Below are positions 37,429 to 46,874 of a DNA stretch of 64,000 nt, one piece after another. The stretch's first letter is position 1; every line of letters starts with the position of its first letter. The DNA is from a virus (taxonomy: Duplodnaviria; Caudoviricetes). The stretch lies in IMG/VR virus record IMGVR_UViG_3300021431_004525; one strand, 5' to 3'. The notes beneath the pieces are model-generated. The model saw only the letters and a list, made by a program, of their open reading frames with translations. It was not told the origin of the DNA and ran no database searches. Both the position numbers and the translations under genes were made by a program.

Positions 37429-38775
37429 ATGGCACAACATATAAATAAAGACGATTTGAAGAAAATCATTAAGAAGATTATTAAGGAATCTGTTGGTATT
37501 CCATCAGAGGAAAACTATTATATTAGCGTAATGGTTCCAAGGATAAAGTCTTGGATGGATGAAGTTTATCAAGATTGGGGCGGTATCAATGCTGTTTCAC
37601 CTGAAGCATTAACTGATTTCAGCAACCGTAATGACTATGAAGAGTCTCTTGATGCTTTTGCACACGAATTTAATGTAGATAGAGAAGAACTTAGACCAGC
37701 ATTTGATAAAGCAATTGAGATTGCACATAGTAAATTAAAGGAAGACTTACTTGGAGAGGCTAAGTTTGTTAACCAATTCACACCATATACAGATGATGAG
37801 AAAAGGACAAATTTTGAATATTTGAAAACCGGTTTTGGTAGAAGTCCTGAAGAAAGAAATCCGTCTTATGCAGCGGCAAAAAAAGCAGCAGAAGAAAGAC
37901 GTAAGCAAAAAGAGGCACAGAAACAAAATGGTGAAGTGAGCGAAACTATACATTATACCGCAGAAAGAATGGCAGCAGACAACAACTATCGCATGAAATG
38001 GAATGAAAAATATCTTAAGCCATTACTTGATAAATGCGACACAATATTAAACGGTTCTGAAAACGCTTCTGTACAAGAAATTATCGACCTTTACAAAAGG
38101 CTTAACACAATTAGAAGCTGTAACCCAATTAAGTATGATGTAAGACTAATAGAGTTACAGGATGAGATTAAGGATAGATTGGAAAAGTTGGTTGAATTTA
38201 TTAGACAAATGATGACTAATAGGCCAAATGAATCCAAGAAACGTGTTAATAATCAAACATTAAATTGTAATAGAAATATGAATAAGAAACTTATAAGATT
38301 AACAGAAAATGACCTTCACAAGATTGTAAAAGAGTCTGTTATTAGAGTATTGAACGAGAAACTCGTATATAGAAATGCAAAATTTTACACTCCGACACCA
38401 ATACCAAGTGACGGTGGACCAATGTATAACGATACTTTTGCTTTTAAGGAATTTCAAAAACTTATAGATGGGTGTAATAGACAATTGAAATTTCCTGTAC
38501 TTAACAGAAAACAAGGCATAGATGCGAGTGAATTCCTTATTCAACAGTTTGAGAATTGGGTAAATGAATATGGCAAATATATTGTATCTAATCAACCAAT
38601 TGGAAAATTAGTTAAAGGAAATGGAATTCAAAATAAGTTCGGAAAAATAGAATATGTGAAAGGTGATGGGGGATACGCAAGAATTTTTGCTGATTGTGTT
38701 AATAGTGGGACACCGTATTACGATGAAGTAGCAGATACTTTTGACCCGTATCCCGATGAAGAAGTGTATTTTTAG
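37429..38775 (+). CDS. multi-module putative internal virion protein
   Basis: DLKKIIKKIIKES at N-terminus; internal MNKKLIRLTENDLHKIVKESVIRVLNE. Confidence 0.7.
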   Translation: MAQHINKDDLKKIIKKIIKESVGIPSEENYYISVMVPRIKSWMDEVYQDWGGINAVSPEALTDFSNRNDYEESLDAFAHEFNVDREELRPAFDKAIEIAHSKLKEDLLGEAKFVNQFTPYTDDEKRTNFEYLKTGFGRSPEERNPSYAAAKKAAEERRKQKEAQKQNGEVSETIHYTAERMAADNNYRMKWNEKYLKPLLDKCDTILNGSENASVQEIIDLYKRLNTIRSCNPIKYDVRLIELQDEIKDRLEKLVEFIRQMMTNRPNESKKRVNNQTLNCNRNMNKKLIRLTENDLHKIVKESVIRVLNEKLVYRNAKFYTPTPIPSDGGPMYNDTFAFKEFQKLIDGCNRQLKFPVLNRKQGIDASEFLIQQFENWVNEYGKYIVSNQPIGKLVKGNGIQNKFGKIEYVKGDGGYARIFADCVNSGTPYYDEVADTFDPYPDEEVYF

Positions 38776-38989
38776 TATGAGCAGTTAAGCAACCATCAGG
38801 CCAAACTTAATCTCACTCCATTTGCGAACCAAGCCAATTGACTTGTCAAACATATGGGCGAATCTCTCTGATTCGCTCATTTTTATTGTGTTCCAACTAT
38901 ACTTTGTGCCAACCGCTATATCATTGTCAAACAAAAAAGGTGGGGAAATTAATCCTCACCTTTAACATTCCGACTTATTGTGACTTTAC

Positions 38990-39361
38990 TTATTTTACTT
39001 CGACACCACGATTACGAAGAGTCAGATTAAACAACATCAAATACTTTTTATACTGTTCCTTAGTTAGTATATAAGACATATACTTGATGTGTTTGTTAAT
39101 ACTGTTTTTAAGCAAAGTCTCTCTTGTAGAGCCGTCATAACCAAGAACTGAAAACTCAATATCACGTTCATACTCATCGATTATTTCCTTAACGCCATCT
39201 TTCTGGTCGTTTGTCAGTTCAAGCGTGCTGTATAAATGATTGTAGTTTGAAATTTTAAGCCCATAACGAGCAACTTCATTAAGTGCGTTCATTCCCTCAT
39301 TCTCAGCATTTGCACAGATACCCATGCACATAAACATTACGATAAATAAAATCTTCTTCAT
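38990..39361 (-). CDS. secreted protein of a Prevotella/Bacteroides-type family
   Basis: signal peptide; LELTNDQ...MSYILTKEQYKKYLMLFNLTLRNRG. Confidence 0.65.
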   Translation of the reverse strand: MKKILFIVMFMCMGICANAENEGMNALNEVARYGLKISNYNHLYSTLELTNDQKDGVKEIIDEYERDIEFSVLGYDGSTRETLLKNSINKHIKYMSYILTKEQYKKYLMLFNLTLRNRGVEVK

Positions 39362-39673
39362 ACTTTTTCCCTTTCTTTTAAAAATTTTTTATTTACTTTA
39401 ATTTTTTCATTTATTATTAAATAACGTATTTTTTACACTTTTTCATCACATAAGTCGGTCTTTAAATAATATTTTTTACTTTTTTTGACATATATCAAAT
39501 TATTTGTGTTCGCACACAACGTTTATTTTTTAAAAAACCACAATAAAAGTGGCTTATTTGTTTTGACGAATCACATTTACTTTTGAAATGTGATGCAAAG
39601 GTACTAATAAAAAATGGATTGAGCAAATAAAAACAAAAAATATGGCTTTTTTGAGCCATATTATTGATAAAAG

Positions 39674-39991
39674 TCAAATTTGGAATATCTTTTTTATATC
39701 TTCTTCCTCTATATCACAATGGTATAAAATATATTCAAAATGTGGAAAAACAATACAGTCATGTCTGAATATGCATTGGAAATCCGTATCACATTCGTCT
39801 ATAGTATCAGTAGAGAATAATTTGGCGAACGATTTTAGGGCTTTGAAATCAATCCACATGACAAGATATTCATCACCATCATCTTTTCTCCATGAATATT
39901 CTATTCCGTAGTGCCTCGTCCAAAAATCAACAAAATCCTGTATATTCTCTATTTTTTCCTCATTGTAGTTTTCAATATCCTCATTCGTCAT
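39674..39991 (-). CDS. hypothetical acidic protein
   Basis: ORF in operon. Confidence 0.7.
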   Translation of the reverse strand: MTNEDIENYNEEKIENIQDFVDFWTRHYGIEYSWRKDDGDEYLVMWIDFKALKSFAKLFSTDTIDECDTDFQCIFRHDCIVFPHFEYILYHCDIEEEDIKKIFQI

Positions 39992-39993
39992 AG

Positions 39994-40458
39994 TTACTTA
40001 TTGTTTAAAAATTCTTTTATATTATTTATTGTTCTTTTTATCCAACTGTCTTTCTCCGGATATGTGTTTACTTTCACTTTAATCCCATTAACCTTTATTA
40101 TCTGAATACGTTTTTGCTCAAGTTTATATTGTTCATCACGTATCTTTCTTATAGCCGCCCATGCAGCCATGAACTGATGTGTATAGAATATACCGTTAAG
40201 ACTGTCTTTATCAATATCATGGCATTGTATCGTTGCACATATATAACCAGTTTCATTTGATAATGAAAACCATGAACCATCAATTTTTTCAATAGTGTAA
40301 GTTAATAGTTTGCCTGTACTTTCACTGATACGGTACAGTTTATCACCAACTTTAAGGTCAGAAATTCTATTTATCTTCATCATTTTATACATTAATTCGG
40401 ATTTTTTTAATCTAAGCCAATATTTCACCCATTCGGGTATTCTAATTGTTATTTTCAT
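39994..40458 (-). CDS. hypothetical protein
   Basis: ORF after promoter-like element ~40464. Confidence 0.7.
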   Translation of the reverse strand: MKITIRIPEWVKYWLRLKKSELMYKMMKINRISDLKVGDKLYRISESTGKLLTYTIEKIDGSWFSLSNETGYICATIQCHDIDKDSLNGIFYTHQFMAAWAAIRKIRDEQYKLEQKRIQIIKVNGIKVKVNTYPEKDSWIKRTINNIKEFLNNK

Positions 40459-40564
40459 TACATTGCAAATATACTACAAAAAAATGGAACCCCAAAGGAA
40501 TTCCATGTTAAAATTATTAAAGTCTCCGATTTTTCTCTCGATAGAGGCTTAAATTGTGGCTTAA

Positions 40565-40726
40565 TTACTCAGCCACAATTGTGTCAGCGGCAATAAAATC
40601 AATTGAATCAACTACTGTTGTATCAACCTTTGTTGAATCATTACTCTCAGCACCCTTTGTTGAGTTGCCGCAAGATGCAAATACCATTGAGGCAAGCATC
40701 GCAAAAACTAATACCAATTTACGCAT
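40565..40726 (-). CDS. small lipoprotein (53 aa)
   Basis: MRKLVLVFAMLASMVFASCGNSTKGAESNDSTKVDTTVVDSIDFIAADTIVAE; FASC lipobox. Confidence 0.8.
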   Translation of the reverse strand: MRKLVLVFAMLASMVFASCGNSTKGAESNDSTKVDTTVVDSIDFIAADTIVAE

Positions 40727-40838
40727 TGTTTCTAATTTAATTTAGTTAATTATTTATGTTATTTTTCTCTAAGCGTTTGCAAAGATACTAAGAATAAATA
40801 TCATAGCAAAACAAATAAGGATATTTTTTAAGATAATT

Positions 40839-41387
40839 ATGTATATAATTGACATAAATCAAAAAACAATGAAGAAACCAAACGAAATAATTGATATCGA
40901 GATTAAATGGAGTAACTTTATTCCTTTCGCCGGATATTTGGCTATAACGTTTTTCGGCAAAATGTGGATGAGAAACAGCACCAAGGAAAAATGGGAAAAA
41001 TATATAAAAGATGGAATGGCTGCTTATGCCATCAACCATGAAATGATACACGTAAAACAGGCAGTATCTACACATAATTCATGGTGGAGGTTTTATGTAT
41101 TATATATATGGTATTGGCTAAAAGCCGTTTTCAGAGGTACTACATTTGCATATAAAATGAACCCATTTGAAATGGAAGCATATGCAAACGAAAATGATTT
41201 AACTTACATTGCAAAACACTACGGTGGTGCCGGAAGATGGAAAGTATATAAAACTATACCTATAAAGACACGTAAGGCATATTGGAAAGACTATAATAAT
41301 AAGAGAAAAACAGAATATATTACTTTCGGAAAATATATAAATGAATATATAGACCCATATTATAATTTTAAGGAATATACCTTATAA
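40839..41387 (+). CDS. HExxH zincin-like protein
   Basis: INHEMIHVKQ...NPFEMEAYANE. Confidence 0.7.
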   Translation: MYIIDINQKTMKKPNEIIDIEIKWSNFIPFAGYLAITFFGKMWMRNSTKEKWEKYIKDGMAAYAINHEMIHVKQAVSTHNSWWRFYVLYIWYWLKAVFRGTTFAYKMNPFEMEAYANENDLTYIAKHYGGAGRWKVYKTIPIKTRKAYWKDYNNKRKTEYITFGKYINEYIDPYYNFKEYTL

Positions 41388-41410
41388 CAAATAAAAGCGG
41401 TGGAGTTAAT

Positions 41411-41743
41411 CTACCGCCTTAAATTATTCAGCCAATAATGTATTTTGAGAATACGTTTTTCTTTCTTTGTGTGGTTTTCCTCAAATTGTTTCTGATACCA
41501 TTTTTCCTTATCCTTTAAGTATGTTTTATACATACCCCAATATACATCATGGGTTATTTCCGTATCGTTTCTGTCATCGACATATACCATAGCGAAATCT
41601 GTATTTGTTTTTCTATACACCCATAAAACACTGCACCAGAATTTTATAGGATATTGTGGTATATGTTCCCATAGGATTTGAGGATAATAACCGTTCCTAC
41701 ACCCTATTAAATAATTCCAAATTGGTCTTAGTATAAACTTCAT
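41411..41743 (-). CDS. hypothetical protein
   Basis: ORF in operon. Confidence 0.6.
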   Translation of the reverse strand: MKFILRPIWNYLIGCRNGYYPQILWEHIPQYPIKFWCSVLWVYRKTNTDFAMVYVDDRNDTEITHDVYWGMYKTYLKDKEKWYQKQFEENHTKKEKRILKIHYWLNNLRR

Positions 41744-42345
41744 GGCATTTCTTCTTTTTTTAATAATTCATCTTCACCATCCGGATTAACCCAATATATT
41801 TTATTATCATCGTTTCTTCTCCAACGTTGTGGCCTTTCATGCTCTTTGCACCAGTTTTTAACGCAGTTATGACACTCTGTTGTAAGCCAACCTTCAACTG
41901 TCATACCCACATCTTCTTTGCTTCCGCATAGTTCACAAGTCACGCTTGCTTCTTTCTCAGCAGCATCTATAAGTGCCTCTACTTCATCGTTGTAGAAATT
42001 AAGATATACACATAGTTCACCCCATTTTTCTTTGATTTGGCATATTTCCATACGGTCTTCCTCCGCTTTATCCTTATTGTATTCCTCGATGTAATCGAAT
42101 ATAGGCTTAAGTAATTCATGCCAACCTTTTCCACATTCCACACCGAACAATTCAAACGGTTCCCAAGGTATAATGTCAAAATCGTCTTTATTTAACTCCT
42201 GAGTCATTTCCTTATCCTTATAATATTTGTGCGTATATTTTGGAATCGGATGACCGAATAAATTTAAAAATCCGTCACGTACTGCATCATCATAGCAGTA
42301 GTCAGTTTTACCATTTTCTTTTAATCTTATTTTTATTTTTTCCAT
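41740..42345 (-). CDS. conserved phage protein with zinc ribbon
   Basis: ECGKGW, QIKEKWGEL, TCELCG..GWLTTECHNC. Confidence 0.7.
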   Translation of the reverse strand: MEKIKIRLKENGKTDYCYDDAVRDGFLNLFGHPIPKYTHKYYKDKEMTQELNKDDFDIIPWEPFELFGVECGKGWHELLKPIFDYIEEYNKDKAEEDRMEICQIKEKWGELCVYLNFYNDEVEALIDAAEKEASVTCELCGSKEDVGMTVEGWLTTECHNCVKNWCKEHERPQRWRRNDDNKIYWVNPDGEDELLKKEEMP

Positions 42346-42512
42346 ACTTATTTGGATATTTATTATATATAATAATTGTGTACAAATGAACGATACGAGA
42401 GAATATTTTGTTTTATATTATGAATATGGGTTTGAAGAGGATTTTATGCATCCTTATCCTTATAGGAGAGACCATACGCTTTATTCAGAAGATTTTGTTG
42501 CAGAACCTTTAA

Positions 42513-43241
42513 CTATATCGTAAACAATTTTTCAACCGCTTTCTTTGTATTAGTCTGATGCATTGCATTGGTGATTTGTTTACTCCATATACATTTAAAC
42601 TCATCCGGCATATTATATTCTGAAACAAATATTGTATGCCCCTTATTTTTCATTTCCTTGCACCACTCATAGAATTTTTCATAATCAAAATTCTTGGATG
42701 TTGAGTATTGTTTAGTATTCTTATAAGGAATGTCGCAATAAATCAACGAGTTTTCAGGAATTTCCATTTCCCAATAGTTTCCGCTTTGCCATTCAACACC
42801 TTTAAGTTTTGGAATCTGTTTTAATGTGTTATTTATATTTTCTGAAATATAATCCCTTGATTTGCCGTTAGTGCCTATTACGTTGTGACCGGAGTAACCC
42901 GCATCGACAAATCTTCCATTATATGATGCCATAAATCCTACCCAACCGACTAAATCATCATCATAATTATTGGTGCGTCCATATGCATCATCCCTTATTT
43001 TTGAATAAAATTCTTTTTCAATATGATGACAAAATACTTTATCATTTGTTAATGATTTCCACATCGCTATTAAGTATTTGTTATTATCATTGGCAATACG
43101 CCTATATTGAGAAGGAACATTTTCTATCACAGAACAACCACCACAAAAAGCATCTACGAATGCTGATTTTTCATCAATTTTCTCAAGCATAATCGGGAGA
43201 ATGTCATTAATAATTCTTTGCTTGCTTCCGAGATATTTCAT
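42513..43241 (-). CDS. DNA adenine methyltransferase (Dam/D12-like)
   Basis: MKYLGSK, VDAFCGG, YCDIPY, FVSEY. Confidence 0.88.
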   Translation of the reverse strand: MKYLGSKQRIINDILPIMLEKIDEKSAFVDAFCGGCSVIENVPSQYRRIANDNNKYLIAMWKSLTNDKVFCHHIEKEFYSKIRDDAYGRTNNYDDDLVGWVGFMASYNGRFVDAGYSGHNVIGTNGKSRDYISENINNTLKQIPKLKGVEWQSGNYWEMEIPENSLIYCDIPYKNTKQYSTSKNFDYEKFYEWCKEMKNKGHTIFVSEYNMPDEFKCIWSKQITNAMHQTNTKKAVEKLFTI

Positions 43242-43497
43242 ATATTTTACCAGTTTTGTTATGATAATTTATTAGTTTCATTTTTTCATGTACCCAATAA
43301 TCCTTCAAGTCCAATAATTCTTTTTGCTTAATAATATCTTTCTCGCCCTTTATTTTTTCATCTATTTCATTAATGATAGATAAAATTTCTTCAAGAGATT
43401 TGGTTGGCATTTTCTTATCATAATAAAGAAAATCACCGATAGCAAATAATAAACTCAGCAGACAGAATCCAATTAAAATAAAAATGACTGTTGTCAT
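43207..43497 (-). CDS. membrane-anchored hypothetical protein
   Basis: N-terminal TM helix. Confidence 0.6.
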   Translation of the reverse strand: MTTVIFILIGFCLLSLLFAIGDFLYYDKKMPTKSLEEILSIINEIDEKIKGEKDIIKQKELLDLKDYWVHEKMKLINYHNKTGKIYEISRKQAKNY

Positions 43498-44060
43498 GGT
43501 GTTTTTGTTTTAAGTTTTAAAATATTTTCTTTTAAAGTGACAATTCTCATTGCTCCAAGTCTTGCTAATTCAAGACGTTGTTCCAAAAACAGTTTTTTCG
43601 CACCGAGCATTTGAGGATATGCTTCTCTGAGTTTATCAGTGCCGAAAGCCCTGAATCTTTTTCCATGAAATACGAAATTCAAATCTTCGTCATATGTTAT
43701 TATGCCGGTATAATCAAAACCGTCCTTTTCATTTCTTTTTTCAAATTCCTCTTCAAGTTTATCCCTAACTTTTTCAAATATTGAAATTGGTACACAATAG
43801 TAAAAATATTTTATTATAGGATTATTGTGATGGTTATGTTTCTTTTTGAAATCGGCTAAGAAATCACTCCAAGAACGTTTTATCTCAATCTCTGTGAGAT
43901 ATCCCGATTTAGATAAAACCAACATATCACATTCGTGGTGTATAGGAAGATTCTCGCTTATGCCATTCACGTTAAACACGACAATGTTTTTAATGAAATT
44001 GAATTTATCGTGTCTTGCCAATCCGGTTTCTATTTCTAATAAATCTCTTTTTGTATCCAT
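43494..44060 (-). CDS. PD-(D/E)xK nuclease-like (MmcB-like) protein
   Basis: ECDMLV..GYLTEIEIKRSWSDFLAD, FYYCVP. Confidence 0.7.
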   Translation of the reverse strand: MDTKRDLLEIETGLARHDKFNFIKNIVVFNVNGISENLPIHHECDMLVLSKSGYLTEIEIKRSWSDFLADFKKKHNHHNNPIIKYFYYCVPISIFEKVRDKLEEEFEKRNEKDGFDYTGIITYDEDLNFVFHGKRFRAFGTDKLREAYPQMLGAKKLFLEQRLELARLGAMRIVTLKENILKLKTKTP

Positions 44061-44225
44061 ATCTTATGCAAAGATACTAAAAAAATTCCATTAAACAAAT
44101 TTTTTAGGTTAAAAAAACAAAAATACGCCAAGTTTTTATTCCTTGGCGCAAAAATATAAAAGAATTATGGAAAGAAATGATTTAGTATTATAGTAATAAA
44201 TAGTTGAAAAAAGATGAAAATACAA

Positions 44226-44561
44226 TTAGGCCATATTGCTTTCTGCTTCGACATGGAAACATTTAGGGCATTGCCATATTCCAAATGCTTGATATTCAGT
44301 TTTATCCCATTTTCCATCCTCATCACAATGACCAATTACTCTGTTATCTTTTTCATCATGTTCATCATATATAGACATAAGGAAAGGCATTTGCGTACCA
44401 CATTTAGGACATTTTTTGAATTTTTTGAAATCCGCCTGTGTCGTATGTGTATTAGCGTCCTGTTCTTCTGCTGTTGAAACCTTTATTGCTTCAGTTAGGT
44501 TTTTTACTTGTTGTTCGCTAATAACAACCGTATGTTTATTTAAATTAGTAAAAAGTTTCAT
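44226..44561 (-). CDS. leader-bearing zinc-ribbon protein
   Basis: VVISEQQVKNLTE; CPKC...CPKC. Confidence 0.65.
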   Translation of the reverse strand: MKLFTNLNKHTVVISEQQVKNLTEAIKVSTAEEQDANTHTTQADFKKFKKCPKCGTQMPFLMSIYDEHDEKDNRVIGHCDEDGKWDKTEYQAFGIWQCPKCFHVEAESNMA

Positions 44562-44573
44562 TTATCGTTAGTA

Positions 44574-45770
44574 TTATTTTTTATAATATTCATCCAAAAT
44601 GGCATCACTTAAACCGTGGTCTAATATTACGATTAAATCTTTGTTATAACGTCTTACCATGCCATAATTTGCAATTCTTGTTAAATCACCCATTGGGGCT
44701 TGGTAACTAGTCATATAGTCATATATGTCATGTAGGGTATCATTATTTTCAATAAGATTGTAGAATTGTTCATCTGGCATTTTAGAATAAGATGTTCTAC
44801 GAAACCTGTTTCTATCATACTCATTATAACAAGAGCCAATGAACGAAACAAATTCATCCCATGTCATACCAAGGCAATGCTTAAAATCTTCAGGTTTAGC
44901 CGGCAATACATACTCACATACTATCCAACTATCATTGGCATCATCACAATCAAAAATTTTTGGAAAGCAATCGAGGGACTGTTTATACCATTCTGATTCA
45001 TGTTCATTTTGAGCGATGCCTTTTTGGTTTTTAGCAAGTTTAAGACACGTTTGGTCATTTATTTGAAAAACTACTCTTGAAGAACCGTTGCCTATTATTT
45101 TTCCAAGATGTTCCTTACAATATGCAAGACGCTGATTAAAAGAATTAATAGATGATAACATCTGTAATGAAAACTGTGAATCTTGTGCTTCTGTTAAACG
45201 ATTTCTGCTTTCATCGGTACGATATACAAGTTTTGAAGGTTGCATTGATTGTATTGGATTTGGTTTCAAAATATACCAAGTATTACCTCCATCAAGGCTA
45301 AATTCCCAGAACGTTTTAGACATTTGTCCTGTACGTTTCGATGTCCCTTGAAATGTTTCAGATGTGATGGTCCTATATTTAACTGAACGTCTGTTTCTAG
45401 TTGCTGCGCCATTAATAGTATCTATAGAACGTCTTAATTCTTTTTCTGCTCCGGCACCACGTCCGAATAAACTTAATGTTGATTCAATTTTGTCATTACC
45501 GAAATTTTTAATTTTGTATATAATGAATTTGTTATCAGAGACAACAATATTATTACCGGAACGGAAATTCTGTCCATTTGTATCAAATGTGGATACTTGG
45601 GAAACCACGTCATGTGCCGCATGACCACCATTATCAGCGTATAATGGGTTATGTCCAAGATTCCTGCTTACATCTGTATGTGAGTTATGTGGCGTTGCCG
45701 TTGTGTCAAATCGCCCTTCATTTATAAATTCTCTTATTACTTCTCTTACGATATTTCTAATATTTTCCAT
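44574..45770 (-). CDS. leader-bearing protein with C-terminal protein-kinase-like domain
   Basis: IRNIVREVIREFINE; IGNGSSRVVF, CLKLAK, QNEHE, GDL..IAN, ILDHGL. Confidence 0.7.
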   Translation of the reverse strand: MENIRNIVREVIREFINEGRFDTTATPHNSHTDVSRNLGHNPLYADNGGHAAHDVVSQVSTFDTNGQNFRSGNNIVVSDNKFIIYKIKNFGNDKIESTLSLFGRGAGAEKELRRSIDTINGAATRNRRSVKYRTITSETFQGTSKRTGQMSKTFWEFSLDGGNTWYILKPNPIQSMQPSKLVYRTDESRNRLTEAQDSQFSLQMLSSINSFNQRLAYCKEHLGKIIGNGSSRVVFQINDQTCLKLAKNQKGIAQNEHESEWYKQSLDCFPKIFDCDDANDSWIVCEYVLPAKPEDFKHCLGMTWDEFVSFIGSCYNEYDRNRFRRTSYSKMPDEQFYNLIENNDTLHDIYDYMTSYQAPMGDLTRIANYGMVRRYNKDLIVILDHGLSDAILDEYYKK

Positions 45771-45852
45771 AGGAAAAACCATCAATATTTTATAAATATC
45801 GGGTAAAAACCTCAAAATAACAACTATTTATATACAAACATACGAGAAAAAG

Positions 45853-46182
45853 ATGAATGCATTTAACGAATACGGATATGACGAGAGTATAAACACCATA
45901 ACCATTCCAGAGGAAACAAGGACTAAGTGGGGAGAGTGGAAGAAGGAAACCCGTGATTGGAGAAAATACATAGAAAACCATATTGACGAAAAGCATGATG
46001 AAACGCAAAATCACGTTACATCTGAAACAAACCGTGCAATAAACGATATTAAGACAGCCATTACCGCATCACGTGACTATGTTGTGGATAATGTTAATAG
46101 TAGGGCTAATGAGATAAAGACAAAGATTGACTCAAGCCGTACTGTCATTGACAACATTTGGGATAAGGTAAGGAATTTATAA
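45853..46182 (+). CDS. hypothetical coiled-coil protein
   Basis: after TATTTAT. Confidence 0.7.
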   Translation: MNAFNEYGYDESINTITIPEETRTKWGEWKKETRDWRKYIENHIDEKHDETQNHVTSETNRAINDIKTAITASRDYVVDNVNSRANEIKTKIDSSRTVIDNIWDKVRNL

Positions 46183-46209
46183 ATAAAACCTTAATTTATA
46201 AAAATATAG

Positions 46210-46599
46210 ATGCCAAGGACATATAGACCATACGAATATGATTATGATACCCCTTATATCGGACGTACCGGTGTAATTGAGAATTATCTTGATAAGAAAT
46301 TCAGTGGTATAAGCATAGATACTGATGAGGTTAAAGAAGTGATTGAAACCTCTGTACACGATTCATTGGGTAATATCGACTGTAAGTTCTGTTCTGTCCA
46401 TAATCATATTGAAAGAGCAAAGAACGAAATCATTGAAAACGGCGGAGGTGGGGGATGCACTTGCAATTTAGCCACGAAGGAAGATATTGCAAATGCCGTT
46501 ACACAAATCAATTCACATACGGATGAGAAGTTTGACGAGATTGATTTCTTAAGTCATTTCTCTGACCTTAATCAGCAAATCGCAAATTTAAATAATTAA
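46210..46599 (+). CDS. hypothetical protein
   Basis: in operon. Confidence 0.7.
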   Translation: MPRTYRPYEYDYDTPYIGRTGVIENYLDKKFSGISIDTDEVKEVIETSVHDSLGNIDCKFCSVHNHIERAKNEIIENGGGGGCTCNLATKEDIANAVTQINSHTDEKFDEIDFLSHFSDLNQQIANLNN

Positions 46600-46618
46600 T
46601 TAAAATAGAAATAATATT

Positions 46619-46852
46619 ATGAGTTACAATAAATCAAATCCTTTTGAGTGGGGTAATGAACCACTTACAGTTAAGAAGGAAGATGCTGAAGAAACCATAT
46701 TCAACACCATTCCAACACAGAAAAATGCAACATATACAGAAGTTCCAGAAGAACAGTTCATTAATACAGCATTTGACAGCTTTGTGGAAAATATAGAGTC
46801 GCCAACGCCACAGTTAAAGAAAATATGTGGAATTGAATGCACAAAATCCTAA
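46619..46852 (+). CDS. hypothetical protein
   Basis: in operon; terminator 46862-46888 follows. Confidence 0.65.
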   Translation: MSYNKSNPFEWGNEPLTVKKEDAEETIFNTIPTQKNATYTEVPEEQFINTAFDSFVENIESPTPQLKKICGIECTKS

Positions 46853-46874
46853 AACAAAAATAAAGCCGGGGTAT

